The translations under genes and the position numbers were made by a program. From Candidatus Saccharimonadota bacterium (GTDB lineage: Bacteria > Patescibacteriota > Saccharimonadia > Saccharimonadales > UBA10212): a stretch of 64,000 bases of DNA. Shown one piece after another: positions 40,337 to 49,923 of the stretch. The stretch covers positions 128,717 to 192,716 of the forward strand of contig JACDFN010000002.1 of assembly GCA_013815775.1 (NCBI GenBank). The letters are read 5' to 3'. Position 1 is the stretch's first letter, and every line of letters begins with the position of its first letter. The notes under the pieces are model-generated. The model was given only the letters and a program-made list of their open reading frames with translations. It was not told the origin of the DNA and made no database searches.

Positions 40337-41548
40337 CTAAACCTCAAACTGCCCATTTTTATATATAATTCTTCGTTCACCGCCAGGCAGTATCGCCGTA
40401 ACCACTCTGTCTGACGTTGAAATTAAGTCATTATGAACTGCGGATTCATTAAAGCCTAGTTTCTCTAAAGTTTTAGCAGATACGTTCCTTACGTTACCCG
40501 AAAATGTGTCGTGATACGATTTGCCAACTGCAATATGGGTATTGCCGAATGGCCCGCCAATATTTTCGTCAAAGAGGGTATTTGCCATAAACTTGTCAAT
40601 TCTGGATAGTCTCTTATCGGTAAGCGAGTACTCACCTAACTGGGAAGCTCCCTCATCGGTGGTTAGCATTTCTTTAAGTAGTTTTTCGTTTTGCTTAGCT
40701 GAAGCTGAAGTTACTCGACCTTCCTTAAAATGTAACTCAATGCCTTTCACTACACTGCCATAGCTATACCAAGGTTGATTAAACCGTATCCAGCCATCCG
40801 TACCGCGCCAGTCCGGAGAAGTAAAAATTTCAAAGCTTGGTATATTCCGACCACTTCCACCAAGCCACTCGCGGTCCGGGCCCAGGCGTACATGCAGGTC
40901 AACGTCATTGCCTTTCATGTGAAGTTCTTCTATTTTCAAGGATGTTAGCTTTGTAGAAACTCTAGTAATTTCATCGCTGGCTTTACGCCACTGCTCAAGT
41001 GGGTCCTCGTAATCCAAATAGCAGGCGTGAATAATCTGCTGCCAGTACTCTTTAAGACTAAGGTCCGCCTCTTTTGCTTGTGACTGCGTTGCATAGAGAG
41101 CTAGCGTCCATGTATAGCGACCAGAATTTTCCTTCTCATCAAACCATTTCATCAGTGGTTTCATAGCTTTTTGACTTGTCAATATTCGCCTCGGATTCAC
41201 TCCGTCCAACTCATGAATATCGTAATTCGAAATCAAGGCAATTCTATGATCAACTTGGTCGACCAAACCACGAGCGTATTTTTCTAAAAAACCATTCAGC
41301 TGTTCATCCGTTGCATTTTCATAAAAATAACGTGCTCCACCACTCATATCGTCACTCAAATTACTAATTATATGGCCGCCAGAGTCGATTATTACCTTTC
41401 GGAGCGTCCTATATAAGGGCAGAGCCGATAAAGGAGAATGCAGATAAATTACATCATCTGGCTTAATGCCTTTTCCACTGTCTAAGGCAAAATTAACTAA
41501 GACTTTAGCATACTTCTCAAGAATATTATTAGACGGCACATAACTCAT
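40337..41548 (-). CDS. Aminopeptidase, M29 (AmpS/AmpT) family
   Basis: YAKVLV, NIPSFEIFTSP, LGE, LFDEN..HIAVG, SAVHND. Confidence 0.92.
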   Translation of the reverse strand: MSYVPSNNILEKYAKVLVNFALDSGKGIKPDDVIYLHSPLSALPLYRTLRKVIIDSGGHIISNLSDDMSGGARYFYENATDEQLNGFLEKYARGLVDQVDHRIALISNYDIHELDGVNPRRILTSQKAMKPLMKWFDEKENSGRYTWTLALYATQSQAKEADLSLKEYWQQIIHACYLDYEDPLEQWRKASDEITRVSTKLTSLKIEELHMKGNDVDLHVRLGPDREWLGGSGRNIPSFEIFTSPDWRGTDGWIRFNQPWYSYGSVVKGIELHFKEGRVTSASAKQNEKLLKEMLTTDEGASQLGEYSLTDKRLSRIDKFMANTLFDENIGGPFGNTHIAVGKSYHDTFSGNVRNVSAKTLEKLGFNESAVHNDLISTSDRVVTAILPGGERRIIYKNGQFEV

Positions 41549-41668
41549 CAGATTAATTATACAGAAGATGAACCAGTACTCTTAATGAGATGTCTAACCT
41601 TCGCTTCTATTAAATTAAATTCCCAACCGGGCATTTCTTATATCTTTCTTTCAGACTAGGGTTATGAA

Positions 41669-41839
41669 TTATTCTTTTTCTTCAAATGCTTCGGGTAGAT
41701 AAAGTATTTCCGTGAATAATCCAACGGGGTAACGACCAATTGGAGTCATCACGTAGCTTATTATTCGATCCCTTTCCGGAGAGAAGTCTTCTTCAGTTGG
41801 TGGTGTTTCGTCGTTCTTGAAAGTCATTTCTGGAACCAT
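41669..41839 (-). CDS. Small acidic orphan ORF, 56 aa (not in ORF track)
   Basis: [14 protein letters not shown]...PEAFEEKE; starts 3 nt after the rpsJ stop. Confidence 0.45.
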   Translation of the reverse strand: MVPEMTFKNDETPPTEEDFSPERDRIISYVMTPIGRYPVGLFTEILYLPEAFEEKE

Positions 41840-41842
41840 AAT

Positions 41843-42193
41843 TTACATCTTAATTTCGGCGTCACAACCAGCTGGTAAATTTAGATTCATCAGTGAATCA
41901 ATCGTCTTGGGGGTCGGGTCGGTTATGTCTATAAGTCGTTTATGAATCCGCATCTCGAACTGTTCTCGGCCCTTTTTGTAAACGTGAGGGCTTTTTACTA
42001 CAGTAAATGTGCTTCTCCTCGTTGGCAGCGGAATTGGGCCGGCTATGTTAGCCCCAGTTCTAAGCGCTGTTTCTACAATTTGCTTAGCCGATTGGTCTAT
42101 TACCTTGTGGTCGTAAGCTTTTAGACGAATACGAATCCTTTGTTTTATCTCAGGAGTCGCAGGTTTAGTGGTTTTTTTAGGTTCTGCCATCAA
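41843..42193 (-). CDS. rpsJ: 30S ribosomal protein S10
   Basis: [30 protein letters not shown]. Confidence 0.98.
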   Translation of the reverse strand: MMAEPKKTTKPATPEIKQRIRIRLKAYDHKVIDQSAKQIVETALRTGANIAGPIPLPTRRSTFTVVKSPHVYKKGREQFEMRIHKRLIDITDPTPKTIDSLMNLNLPAGCDAEIKM

Positions 42194-42483
42194 TCTCTAA
42201 TCTTTCGAAGTTTGGGTAATTCGATACGTGCACCACTACTTCTAATGTGCTTAATAGCGCCCAATGCCAAAGCTTCCTCAGTAACTGCACGCTGTGCTTC
42301 ATTTAATGTATTTTTTTCTACAGACAACCCTAGGCCGTGGTCATCATCCGACCGTAAAAAAACTCTTTTGCTGCCTGAAAACGCGTACAAACTTCCTTCA
42401 ACCAATTCGTCAGAATCGGTGAACCTTCTCCATACTGAATTGTCTGCGTGTCGCTCTACGTCTCCAATTTCTATAGGGCTCAT
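42190..42483 (-). CDS. Orphan hypothetical protein between tuf and rpsJ
   Basis: 97 aa, TAAGGA SD, stop overlaps the rpsJ start region; fills the gap exactly. Confidence 0.6.
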   Translation of the reverse strand: MSPIEIGDVERHADNSVWRRFTDSDELVEGSLYAFSGSKRVFLRSDDDHGLGLSVEKNTLNEAQRAVTEEALALGAIKHIRSSGARIELPKLRKIRD

Positions 42484-42495
42484 GTAAGTTTTTCC

Positions 42496-43680
42496 TTATT
42501 TAGTAACTTTAGTTACTACACCGGCTCCGACTGTTCGCCCGCCTTCGCGAATAGCAAACCGTAAGCCCTGTTCCATAGCTATTGGCGACATCAGTTTAAC
42601 TTTAAATGTAACGGTATCACCGGGCATGACCATCTCCTTGTCAGCTGGCAGTTCTACCTCTCCGGTAACGTCCGTAGTACGAAAGTAAAATTGAGGCTTG
42701 TAGCCTTTAAAGAAAGGTGTATGTCGGCCTCCCTCTTCTTTGGTCAGGATATAGACTTCGCTATCAAATTCGGTATGCGGTGTAATGGTGCCTGGTTTTG
42801 TGAGTACTTGTCCGCGTTCAATATCATCTCTCTCTATGCCTCTTAGCAAGATGCCCACGTTGTCGCCTGCTTGACCTTGGTCCAGATTCTTTTTAAACAT
42901 CTCCACCCCAGTAACAACTGTTTTCTTTGTGGGTCTTATTCCTACAATCTCAATTTCCTCATTAACTTTAACAACCCCTGTTTCGACACGCCCAGTAGCA
43001 ACTGTGCCTCGGCCTTTAATTGAAAAAACATCTTCAATAGCCATCATAAAAGGTTTTTCAAGATCGCGTTTAGGCTCTGGAATATACTCATCCATTGCTT
43101 TGACTAGTTCCATTATGGCGTCTTCGCTGCTTGCATCTCCTTCAAGAGCCTTGGTTGCAGAACCTTTTATGATAGGTGCTTCACGGTCAAATTCGTACTT
43201 AGCAAGAAGGTCACGCACGTCCTCTTCAACTAACTCAACCAGCTCGGGGTCGGCTAAGTCCATTTTATTTAGGAACACTAAAATAGAAGGTACACCGACC
43301 TGCTTAGCCAGTAGCACGTGCTCACGAGTTTGGGGCATAGGCCCATCGGCTGCCGAAACAACCAATATAGCTCCATCAATTTGAGCAGCGCCGGTTATCA
43401 TGTTTTTTATGTAGTCGGCGTGCCCGGGCATATCTACGTGAGCGTAATGTCGGTTTTCTGATTCATACTCTTGATGCGAAGTAGCAATAGTAATCCCGCG
43501 AGCTTTTTCTTCAGGTGCATTGTCGATTTGGTCATAGGCAACCGGTTTATTGATAGAGCTAGGTAGTTTTTTGGCTAGAACAGCAGTAATAGCCGCTGTT
43601 AAAGAAGTTTTACCATGATCAACGTGACCCATTGTACCTACGTTAACGTGCGGCTTACTTCTGTCGAAATTTTCTGCCAT
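42496..43680 (-). CDS. tuf: Elongation factor Tu
   Basis: [25 protein letters not shown]. Confidence 0.99.
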   Translation of the reverse strand: MAENFDRSKPHVNVGTMGHVDHGKTSLTAAITAVLAKKLPSSINKPVAYDQIDNAPEEKARGITIATSHQEYESENRHYAHVDMPGHADYIKNMITGAAQIDGAILVVSAADGPMPQTREHVLLAKQVGVPSILVFLNKMDLADPELVELVEEDVRDLLAKYEFDREAPIIKGSATKALEGDASSEDAIMELVKAMDEYIPEPKRDLEKPFMMAIEDVFSIKGRGTVATGRVETGVVKVNEEIEIVGIRPTKKTVVTGVEMFKKNLDQGQAGDNVGILLRGIERDDIERGQVLTKPGTITPHTEFDSEVYILTKEEGGRHTPFFKGYKPQFYFRTTDVTGEVELPADKEMVMPGDTVTFKVKLMSPIAMEQGLRFAIREGGRTVGAGVVTKVTK

Positions 43681-43754
43681 TTAATATCTCCCTTTAGTTG
43701 CTACTTATTATTTAGCATGAGAAAGCAATCACTCCCTCACACGAGAATAATGTA

Positions 43755-43783
43755 ATTATAGGTAAACTTATGCCTTTTGTAAA
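43755..43783 (-). promoter_or_regulatory. tuf promoter
   Basis: TTTACA-17-TATAAT. Confidence 0.65.
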
Positions 43784-43954
43784 GGGTTTTTGGGTCTTAT
43801 TCGCTTGCTTAAGACAAAGGTTAGGTTTAGTCCGGTTGGTCCTGGTTTTTTTGCGTTCTTTTTCATTAATCATGTTGTTTGCTTTTTTGTTGATCTTTGT
43901 TTGGTAAAATAATATAACTTACTAAACAAGTAATGCTAATCGACAAGGATATGA

Positions 43955-45577
43955 GTGTTTTTAGAGACTAAGGGTACGAGTGACTGGTGGGACGGTGCAT
44001 GTGTGTACCAAATTTATCCTCGAAGTTTTTATGATTCGGATAGTGATGGTGTAGGCGACCTCCGGGGCATTATAAAAAAACTTGACTATCTAGCAGGAAA
44101 ACCGGAGTCGCTTGGCATAAATGCAATATGGATATCCCCTTTTTACCCCTCACCTTTAGCTGATTTTGGTTATGATGTTTCCGATTACAGAGGAATCGAT
44201 CCTTTGTTTGGAAGTATGGTCGATTTTGACAGACTAGTCCAAGAAGCTCATCTCAGAGGCGTTCGTGTAATTATAGATTTCGTTCCTAATCATAGCTCTA
44301 ACCAACACACTTGGTTTAAGGAATCTTTATCTGGCCGAGAAAGTCCAAAGCGTAATTGGTACGTTTGGAAAGACCCCAAGCCCGATGGCTCACCACCAAA
44401 TAATTGGATGAGTGTTTTTGGAGGATCAGCGTGGGAGTTTGAAGAATCGTCACAGCAATACTATTTGCATACTTTCTTAAAACAGCAACCTGACCTTAAT
44501 TGGGATAATCAAGATCTACGAAAAGAAATGAAGGAAATTATGAAATTCTGGCTTGAAAAAGGTGTTGATGGGTTAAGGATTGATGCAGTTAGTTGGTTAT
44601 CGAAAGACCTGCAATTTCGCGACGATCCTGTTAATCCACGCTACCGCGAGAACATTGATGACTCTTACCACAAGCTTCTTCACACCTGCAGCAGTCAAGG
44701 GTCAAAGCTTTTCGACTATCTCAACGAGATGATTGATGTTTGCAGGGGTTATGAAAATAAATTTATGATTACGGAGGCATATCCCGATGTTCAGGGTGAA
44801 ATTAGCCACTATCTTAAATATTACCAAAGGCTGAACCACAACATCTGCATACCTTTTAATTTCGAGTGTATTTCATTCCCGTGGGACGCGGGTACCTACA
44901 AAAACTTTGTAGATTTGTTTCAAGAAGCATTACTGCCAGGGCAACCCGCAATTTACAATATGGGTAATCATGACAAGTCGCGTTTAGCATCAAGATTAGG
45001 CCGTGATTCGGCAAAAACAGCGGCAATGCTACTTTTGAGCCTGCCTGGAATCCCCTTTATCTACTATGGTGACGAAATAGGTATGCAAGATGTATATATT
45101 CCGAAAAATAAAGCTAAGGATCCTTTTACGACGCCTGAAGGAGTGGGCCGTGACCCATCAAGGACACCAATGCAGTGGAACGAATATATGAACGCAGGTT
45201 TTAGCACCACCGAACCCTGGCTGCCACTATCAACAGATTACAAACAGTGCAATGTTGAATCTGAGTCGCGGTACAACGAGTCGTTCCTCAATCTCTATAA
45301 AGATTTAATTGCTTTCAGGAAGCAGTCGACAGTACTTCGAGTCGGTGCATATCAATCTTTAGAGCTTGGTAAGAATATATATGGGTTTGTACGAGAAAAT
45401 TTAACAGATAAAGTAACAGTGGTGCTTAATTTCTCAAATGAAACTGAAATAATTGACTCAAAAGCTTTAAAGGGCAGAGTAGTGCTTTCAACATATAGAG
45501 ATATTGGGTCGAACTTTAACCTTAACGGCCACTTAAAATTGCGGCCTCATGAAGGTGTATTTATTGCGCCTTCTTAG
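43955..45577 (+). CDS. GH13 alpha-glucosidase/oligo-1,6-glucosidase
   Basis: YQIYPRSF, DFVPNH, QPDLN, GLRIDA, TEAY, NHD catalytic regions. Confidence 0.93.
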   Translation: MFLETKGTSDWWDGACVYQIYPRSFYDSDSDGVGDLRGIIKKLDYLAGKPESLGINAIWISPFYPSPLADFGYDVSDYRGIDPLFGSMVDFDRLVQEAHLRGVRVIIDFVPNHSSNQHTWFKESLSGRESPKRNWYVWKDPKPDGSPPNNWMSVFGGSAWEFEESSQQYYLHTFLKQQPDLNWDNQDLRKEMKEIMKFWLEKGVDGLRIDAVSWLSKDLQFRDDPVNPRYRENIDDSYHKLLHTCSSQGSKLFDYLNEMIDVCRGYENKFMITEAYPDVQGEISHYLKYYQRLNHNICIPFNFECISFPWDAGTYKNFVDLFQEALLPGQPAIYNMGNHDKSRLASRLGRDSAKTAAMLLLSLPGIPFIYYGDEIGMQDVYIPKNKAKDPFTTPEGVGRDPSRTPMQWNEYMNAGFSTTEPWLPLSTDYKQCNVESESRYNESFLNLYKDLIAFRKQSTVLRVGAYQSLELGKNIYGFVRENLTDKVTVVLNFSNETEIIDSKALKGRVVLSTYRDIGSNFNLNGHLKLRPHEGVFIAPS

Positions 45578-46763
45578 CTATTTTATTCATTTTTTTATGA
45601 TGGCGTTTTTGAGTGGATCCTCTAAGTTTCTGGGGAACCTTGGTAATTTTAGTTCTTACGAATTGCCTAGATAATTTTTTTCGATCTCGCAGTACCTGTT
45701 CAAAAGTTGTTTCATAGCCGTCTACCATCTTCTCAATAGAAAAGTTCTCAGTTGCGTGTTTGCGGCAGGCCTTCCGCTTTATATCTGATATTTTTTGAAC
45801 TGACTCAATCATCTCGGCTATACTCTCTACCACGTAGCCTGTCTTTCCATTAATTATAAGCTCGGAAGCGGCTCCTTTCTTTAAAGAAATTACAGGAGTG
45901 CCGCTTGCCATTGCTTCAATTGTAGCCAGGCCGAAAGGTTCCTCCCACTGAACTGGCGTCAGAAGAGCCTTGGCCTTTTTATAATACTTAGAGAGTTGGT
46001 CACGCTCGATGTACCCCAGGTACAATATTTGGTCATCGAGATGAGGCTTAATGTGTTGATCGAAGTAGGTTTGATTGTCGGGAGTTATCGAACCTATTAT
46101 GAGTAAGCGGTGTTTTAATTTTTTAGCAATCTGGACTGCTTCTTTCACTCCTTTCTCCGGAATAATTCTCCCGCTAAACAATAAATAGTCCTCAGCCTCC
46201 TCAGAAAATGGATAGTCATCAGGATCGATCCCGTTATAGACTGTGGCGGCATATGGAAGATCCGGTGCGTCCCTCCGCTGGTTATTGGAAATTGATATAA
46301 AATGCTGGTTCGATGTTTGGTAAAGGTCATACAGCTCTTTAAACCAGTCATAGGTTGGATCATGCAGGGTGTATATAACTGGAACGTCCCCGTTTATACG
46401 GGCATGTGGCAAGGCCGATTCGGGGTGATGAAAATGAAGTAAATCGTACTTGCCGGCGTTAGCACGCACAAACATTTCATCAGCCATGTAGCTATCCCAC
46501 ATGGCTGGAATGTAATGCGTCATTAAGGCTGGGTTAGATATTAGATTCTGAAATTCTTCTTGATTGGTAGCCAGCGGTCTCAGATTACAGGTCCTAATAT
46601 TCGCACCTTCTACACTGCTTCCTAGGGGCGCATAAAAATCAATTTTATGTCCGCGTTCTGAGAGCCCTTTTGCCAGAGCATAGGCTAGGTCTATGGGTGC
46701 GTAAATCATATCGGGGGGTCTTGGCACGAGGATAAAACCCCGAACCATCATTGCAATATTCAT
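45561..46763 (-). CDS. Glycosyltransferase family 4
   Basis: YTLH, VYNGID, SGRIIPEKG, EPFGLATIEAMASGTPV. Confidence 0.9.
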   Translation of the reverse strand: MNIAMMVRGFILVPRPPDMIYAPIDLAYALAKGLSERGHKIDFYAPLGSSVEGANIRTCNLRPLATNQEEFQNLISNPALMTHYIPAMWDSYMADEMFVRANAGKYDLLHFHHPESALPHARINGDVPVIYTLHDPTYDWFKELYDLYQTSNQHFISISNNQRRDAPDLPYAATVYNGIDPDDYPFSEEAEDYLLFSGRIIPEKGVKEAVQIAKKLKHRLLIIGSITPDNQTYFDQHIKPHLDDQILYLGYIERDQLSKYYKKAKALLTPVQWEEPFGLATIEAMASGTPVISLKKGAASELIINGKTGYVVESIAEMIESVQKISDIKRKACRKHATENFSIEKMVDGYETTFEQVLRDRKKLSRQFVRTKITKVPQKLRGSTQKRHHKKMNKIAKKAQ

Positions 46764-46846
46764 GTATACATCCCTGAATAATAAAAGGTCCTCGAGTACA
46801 CTATATTATATGATGATAAGTAACTATTCATAAAAATAAGACGTGC

Positions 46847-48934
46847 TTATTTTGCACTTTTGGAAATTATTTCTTGGGTAACATTCCCCGGAACATCGGC
46901 GTAATGATCTAATTCCATACTAGAACTAGCTCGGCCTTGAGTTGAACTTCTTAGATTAGTTGTGTATCCGAACATCTCACCGAGCGGAACATAAGCTGTT
47001 ATTTCTTTGATTCCAGGTGTGAGATCCTCCATTGACTCGATGCGGCCTCGCTTAGAATTTAAATCACCAATAACATCTCCCATGAAACTCTCGGGAGTGA
47101 CCACAACCACCTTCATTACCGGCTCCAATAGTACCGGAGAAGCGTTTTTTACACCATTTTGAAGCGCCATACTTCCAGCTATTTTAAAGGCCATTTCAGA
47201 AGAGTCTACGTCATGATAGCTTCCATCGTAAATCTCAGTCTTAACATCAACCACAGGGTAGCCTGCTATAACTCCGTTACTCATTGCTTCCTCGATTCCA
47301 GCCTTGATGGCTGGTATATACTCACTGGGTATTGTTCCGCCTTTAATGCTGTTGATAAATTCAAAGCCTTTCCCGGCTTCGTTTTGGGATAGCCGAACCC
47401 ACACGTGTCCATACTGGCCACGACCGCCACTTTGACGTATAAATTTTCCTTCCGATTCGACGTTATCTTTTCGAATAGTTTCGCGGTAAGCGACCTGTGG
47501 TTGGCCAATGTTGGCTTCTACAGTAAATTCACGCTTCATACGGTCTACGATGATCTCTAGGTGTAGTTCGCCCATACCCGATATAATAGTTTGGCCCGTT
47601 TCGTGATCAACTTTTATGCGAAAAGTAGGGTCCTCCTCTGCGAGACGCTGCAATGCTAGACCCATTTTTTCTTGGTCGGCTTTGGTTTTTGGTTCAATAG
47701 CGATGCTTACAGGTGGGTCTGGAAATGTTATGCTTTCTAAAATAATTGGGTGACTGGTCTCGCAAAGGGTATTGCCGGTGGTTGTGCCTTTTAGTCCCAC
47801 TATGGCCGCAATGTCTCCAGCTTCGACTTCCGTAACGTCTTCTCGTTTATCGGCCTGCATACGGACAATTCTGCCGACGCGTTCTTTCTCCCCGGTTGAG
47901 CTGTTCAGGATATAGCTTCCAGCGGTAACTTTCCCTGAGTAAACTCTAAAAAATGCCAGTTTGCCCACAAAGGGATCGGTAGCAATCTTAAAAGCCAAAG
48001 CCGCGAAAGGTTCGGCAGAATCGGGCTTTCTCTCTACTTCGTCGCCTGTTTTAGGGTTAGTCCCCCAAGTTGAACCCCGATCCTCTGGACTGGGGAGGAA
48101 ATCAGATACGGCATCAAGCAGTTTTTCAACAATCACACCACGGCCATCACCGCCTGACACAGCGAAGAATTGACCGGAAAGGACAGCTTTACGGATTGCC
48201 GAGCGAATTTCGTTCTCCGACAATGCGTTTTCGCCTTCTTCCAAGTACTTCATCATAGTGTCATCATCGGCTTCGACGGCTGCCTCAACCAGTAAGCTAC
48301 GATATCGTAATGCCTTTTCCTTCATATCTTCAGGTACTTCGCCTTCCGTAAGATTTTTATCTGTAAAGTTTTTGTAGGTGTAGGACTTCATATTAATGAG
48401 GTCAACAACTCCGCTAACGGATTGCTCGAAGCCAATCGGTAGATGAATAGGAAGAGCGCGGCGTGACAGTCTATGGTGAATACTGTCCAAACTTTTATAA
48501 AAATCACCCCCGGTTTGGTTAATTTTATTTATAAAGCAAATTCTAGGAACGTTGTACTTATCGGCTTGCCGCCAAACTGTCTCTGACTGACTTTCAACCC
48601 CCATTTTTCCGTCAAAAACGACTACCGCACCGTCCAAAACACGCAATGAGCGTTCTACCTCAACCGTAAAGTCAATGTGGCCGGGGGTATCGATAATGTT
48701 AATCTTGTGATCTTTCCAGAAGCAGGAAACAGCTGCAGCGGTAATAGTGATACCCCTCTCTTTCTCCTGAGCCATCCAGTCGGTGGTTGTTTGGCCTTCG
48801 TGAACAGCGCCAATTTTATGCTTCAGACCAGTCCTGTATAAGATACCCTCTGTTGTAGTAGTCTTACCAGCATCGATGTGTGCAATAATTCCAATATTCC
48901 TAAGCTTGTTCAGCGGGTATCTCTTGTCAGCCAT
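46847..48934 (-). CDS. fusA: Elongation factor G (altered G4/G5 motifs)
   Basis: [25 protein letters not shown]. True start is MADKRYPL at 48934; the ORF-track start overlaps rpsG. Confidence 0.97.
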   Translation of the reverse strand: MADKRYPLNKLRNIGIIAHIDAGKTTTTEGILYRTGLKHKIGAVHEGQTTTDWMAQEKERGITITAAAVSCFWKDHKINIIDTPGHIDFTVEVERSLRVLDGAVVVFDGKMGVESQSETVWRQADKYNVPRICFINKINQTGGDFYKSLDSIHHRLSRRALPIHLPIGFEQSVSGVVDLINMKSYTYKNFTDKNLTEGEVPEDMKEKALRYRSLLVEAAVEADDDTMMKYLEEGENALSENEIRSAIRKAVLSGQFFAVSGGDGRGVIVEKLLDAVSDFLPSPEDRGSTWGTNPKTGDEVERKPDSAEPFAALAFKIATDPFVGKLAFFRVYSGKVTAGSYILNSSTGEKERVGRIVRMQADKREDVTEVEAGDIAAIVGLKGTTTGNTLCETSHPIILESITFPDPPVSIAIEPKTKADQEKMGLALQRLAEEDPTFRIKVDHETGQTIISGMGELHLEIIVDRMKREFTVEANIGQPQVAYRETIRKDNVESEGKFIRQSGGRGQYGHVWVRLSQNEAGKGFEFINSIKGGTIPSEYIPAIKAGIEEAMSNGVIAGYPVVDVKTEIYDGSYHDVDSSEMAFKIAGSMALQNGVKNASPVLLEPVMKVVVVTPESFMGDVIGDLNSKRGRIESMEDLTPGIKEITAYVPLGEMFGYTTNLRSSTQGRASSSMELDHYADVPGNVTQEIISKSAK

Positions 48935-48938
48935 TCTT

Positions 48939-49418
48939 TTAGGTCCTGCCGAAGTGCGCAAAAGCTCTGTTGGCCTCGGCCATGCGGTGGGTTTCTTCGC
49001 GTTTTTTAACAGCTGCGCCAGTACTGTTATAGGCATCCATTAACTCCGCGGCCAATCTATCCTGCATGCCCATTCCCTTTCGATCGCGCGCCGCAGCAAC
49101 GAACCACATAATAGTTAAGTGCTGTTGGCGCTGGCCACGGACCTCGAAAGGAATCTGATAATTTGCTCCGCCAACACGCCTAGACCTGGTCTCCATGTGA
49201 GGTTGTATATTTTTCATAGCTTGCTCAAATACATCGAGTGGGTTTTGCACTTTAAGCTTATCGGCTGCTTTTTGCATGCCTCCATAAACCAAACTTTCGG
49301 CCATTTGTTTTTTTCCGTCGCGCATTACCCGGTTTATAACTTTCGATACTCTTGCACTATTGTAAATGCGATCGGGCGAAACTTCACGAACTAAACTTTT
49401 AGTTGTTTTTCGAGGCAT
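48939..49418 (-). CDS. rpsG: 30S ribosomal protein S7
   Basis: [23 protein letters not shown]. Confidence 0.98.
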   Translation of the reverse strand: MPRKTTKSLVREVSPDRIYNSARVSKVINRVMRDGKKQMAESLVYGGMQKAADKLKVQNPLDVFEQAMKNIQPHMETRSRRVGGANYQIPFEVRGQRQQHLTIMWFVAAARDRKGMGMQDRLAAELMDAYNSTGAAVKKREETHRMAEANRAFAHFGRT

Positions 49419-49831
49419 TATTTAGTGTCCTTTTTAGCGCCATATTTACTGCGCCCTTGCTTACGATTCGCAACACCTTGTAGGTCCAGCGTACCTCTTA
49501 CTATGTGATACCGAACTCCCGGAAGATCTTTTACTCTTCCTCCCCGTACTAAAACAACGGCGTGCTCCTGAAGATTGTGCCCCTCGCCACCAATATAGGC
49601 CCATACTTCATCGCCGTTTGTTAACCGAACTCTTGCAACTTTACGCAAGGCGGAGTTAGGTTTCTTAGGCGTTTTGGTGGTAACCCTCACACAAACGCCA
49701 CGCTTAAATGGCGAAGGCTTCTCATAGTTTTTTGTTTTTAAGTTATTTACAACTCGAGAAAGAGCCGGTGACTTAGTCTTGACGGCGGCGCTTCTTCTAG
49801 GCTTACGGATTAATTGATTAATCGTGGGCAT
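49418..49831 (-). CDS. rpsL: 30S ribosomal protein S12
   Basis: [23 protein letters not shown]. Confidence 0.98.
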   Translation of the reverse strand: MPTINQLIRKPRRSAAVKTKSPALSRVVNNLKTKNYEKPSPFKRGVCVRVTTKTPKKPNSALRKVARVRLTNGDEVWAYIGGEGHNLQEHAVVLVRGGRVKDLPGVRYHIVRGTLDLQGVANRKQGRSKYGAKKDTK

Positions 49832-49835
49832 TGTA

Positions 49836-49883
49836 CTATCTACTTACAAGTTTATATGACAGCTGGGTTAGCCCTGCTGTCAT
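49836..49883 (-). other. Candidate 15-codon uORF within a hairpin in the rpsL leader
   Basis: AAAGGAG-7 nt-[18 protein letters not shown]; stop 4 nt before the rpsL ATG. Confidence 0.4.
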
Positions 49884-49923
49884 ACTCTTTCTCCTTTAGT
49901 TTCAGTAGTTAATTCTAGCAAAA

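Noticed and set aside
41558..41634. 25 aa ORF MPGWEFNL... upstream of the aminopeptidase
   Set aside because: Too short, weak initiation signals, and overlaps the aminopeptidase promoter.
48935..49036. 34 aa N-terminal extension of EF-G in the ORF track
   Set aside because: It overlaps rpsG in another frame; the ATG at 48934 gives a normal N-terminus.
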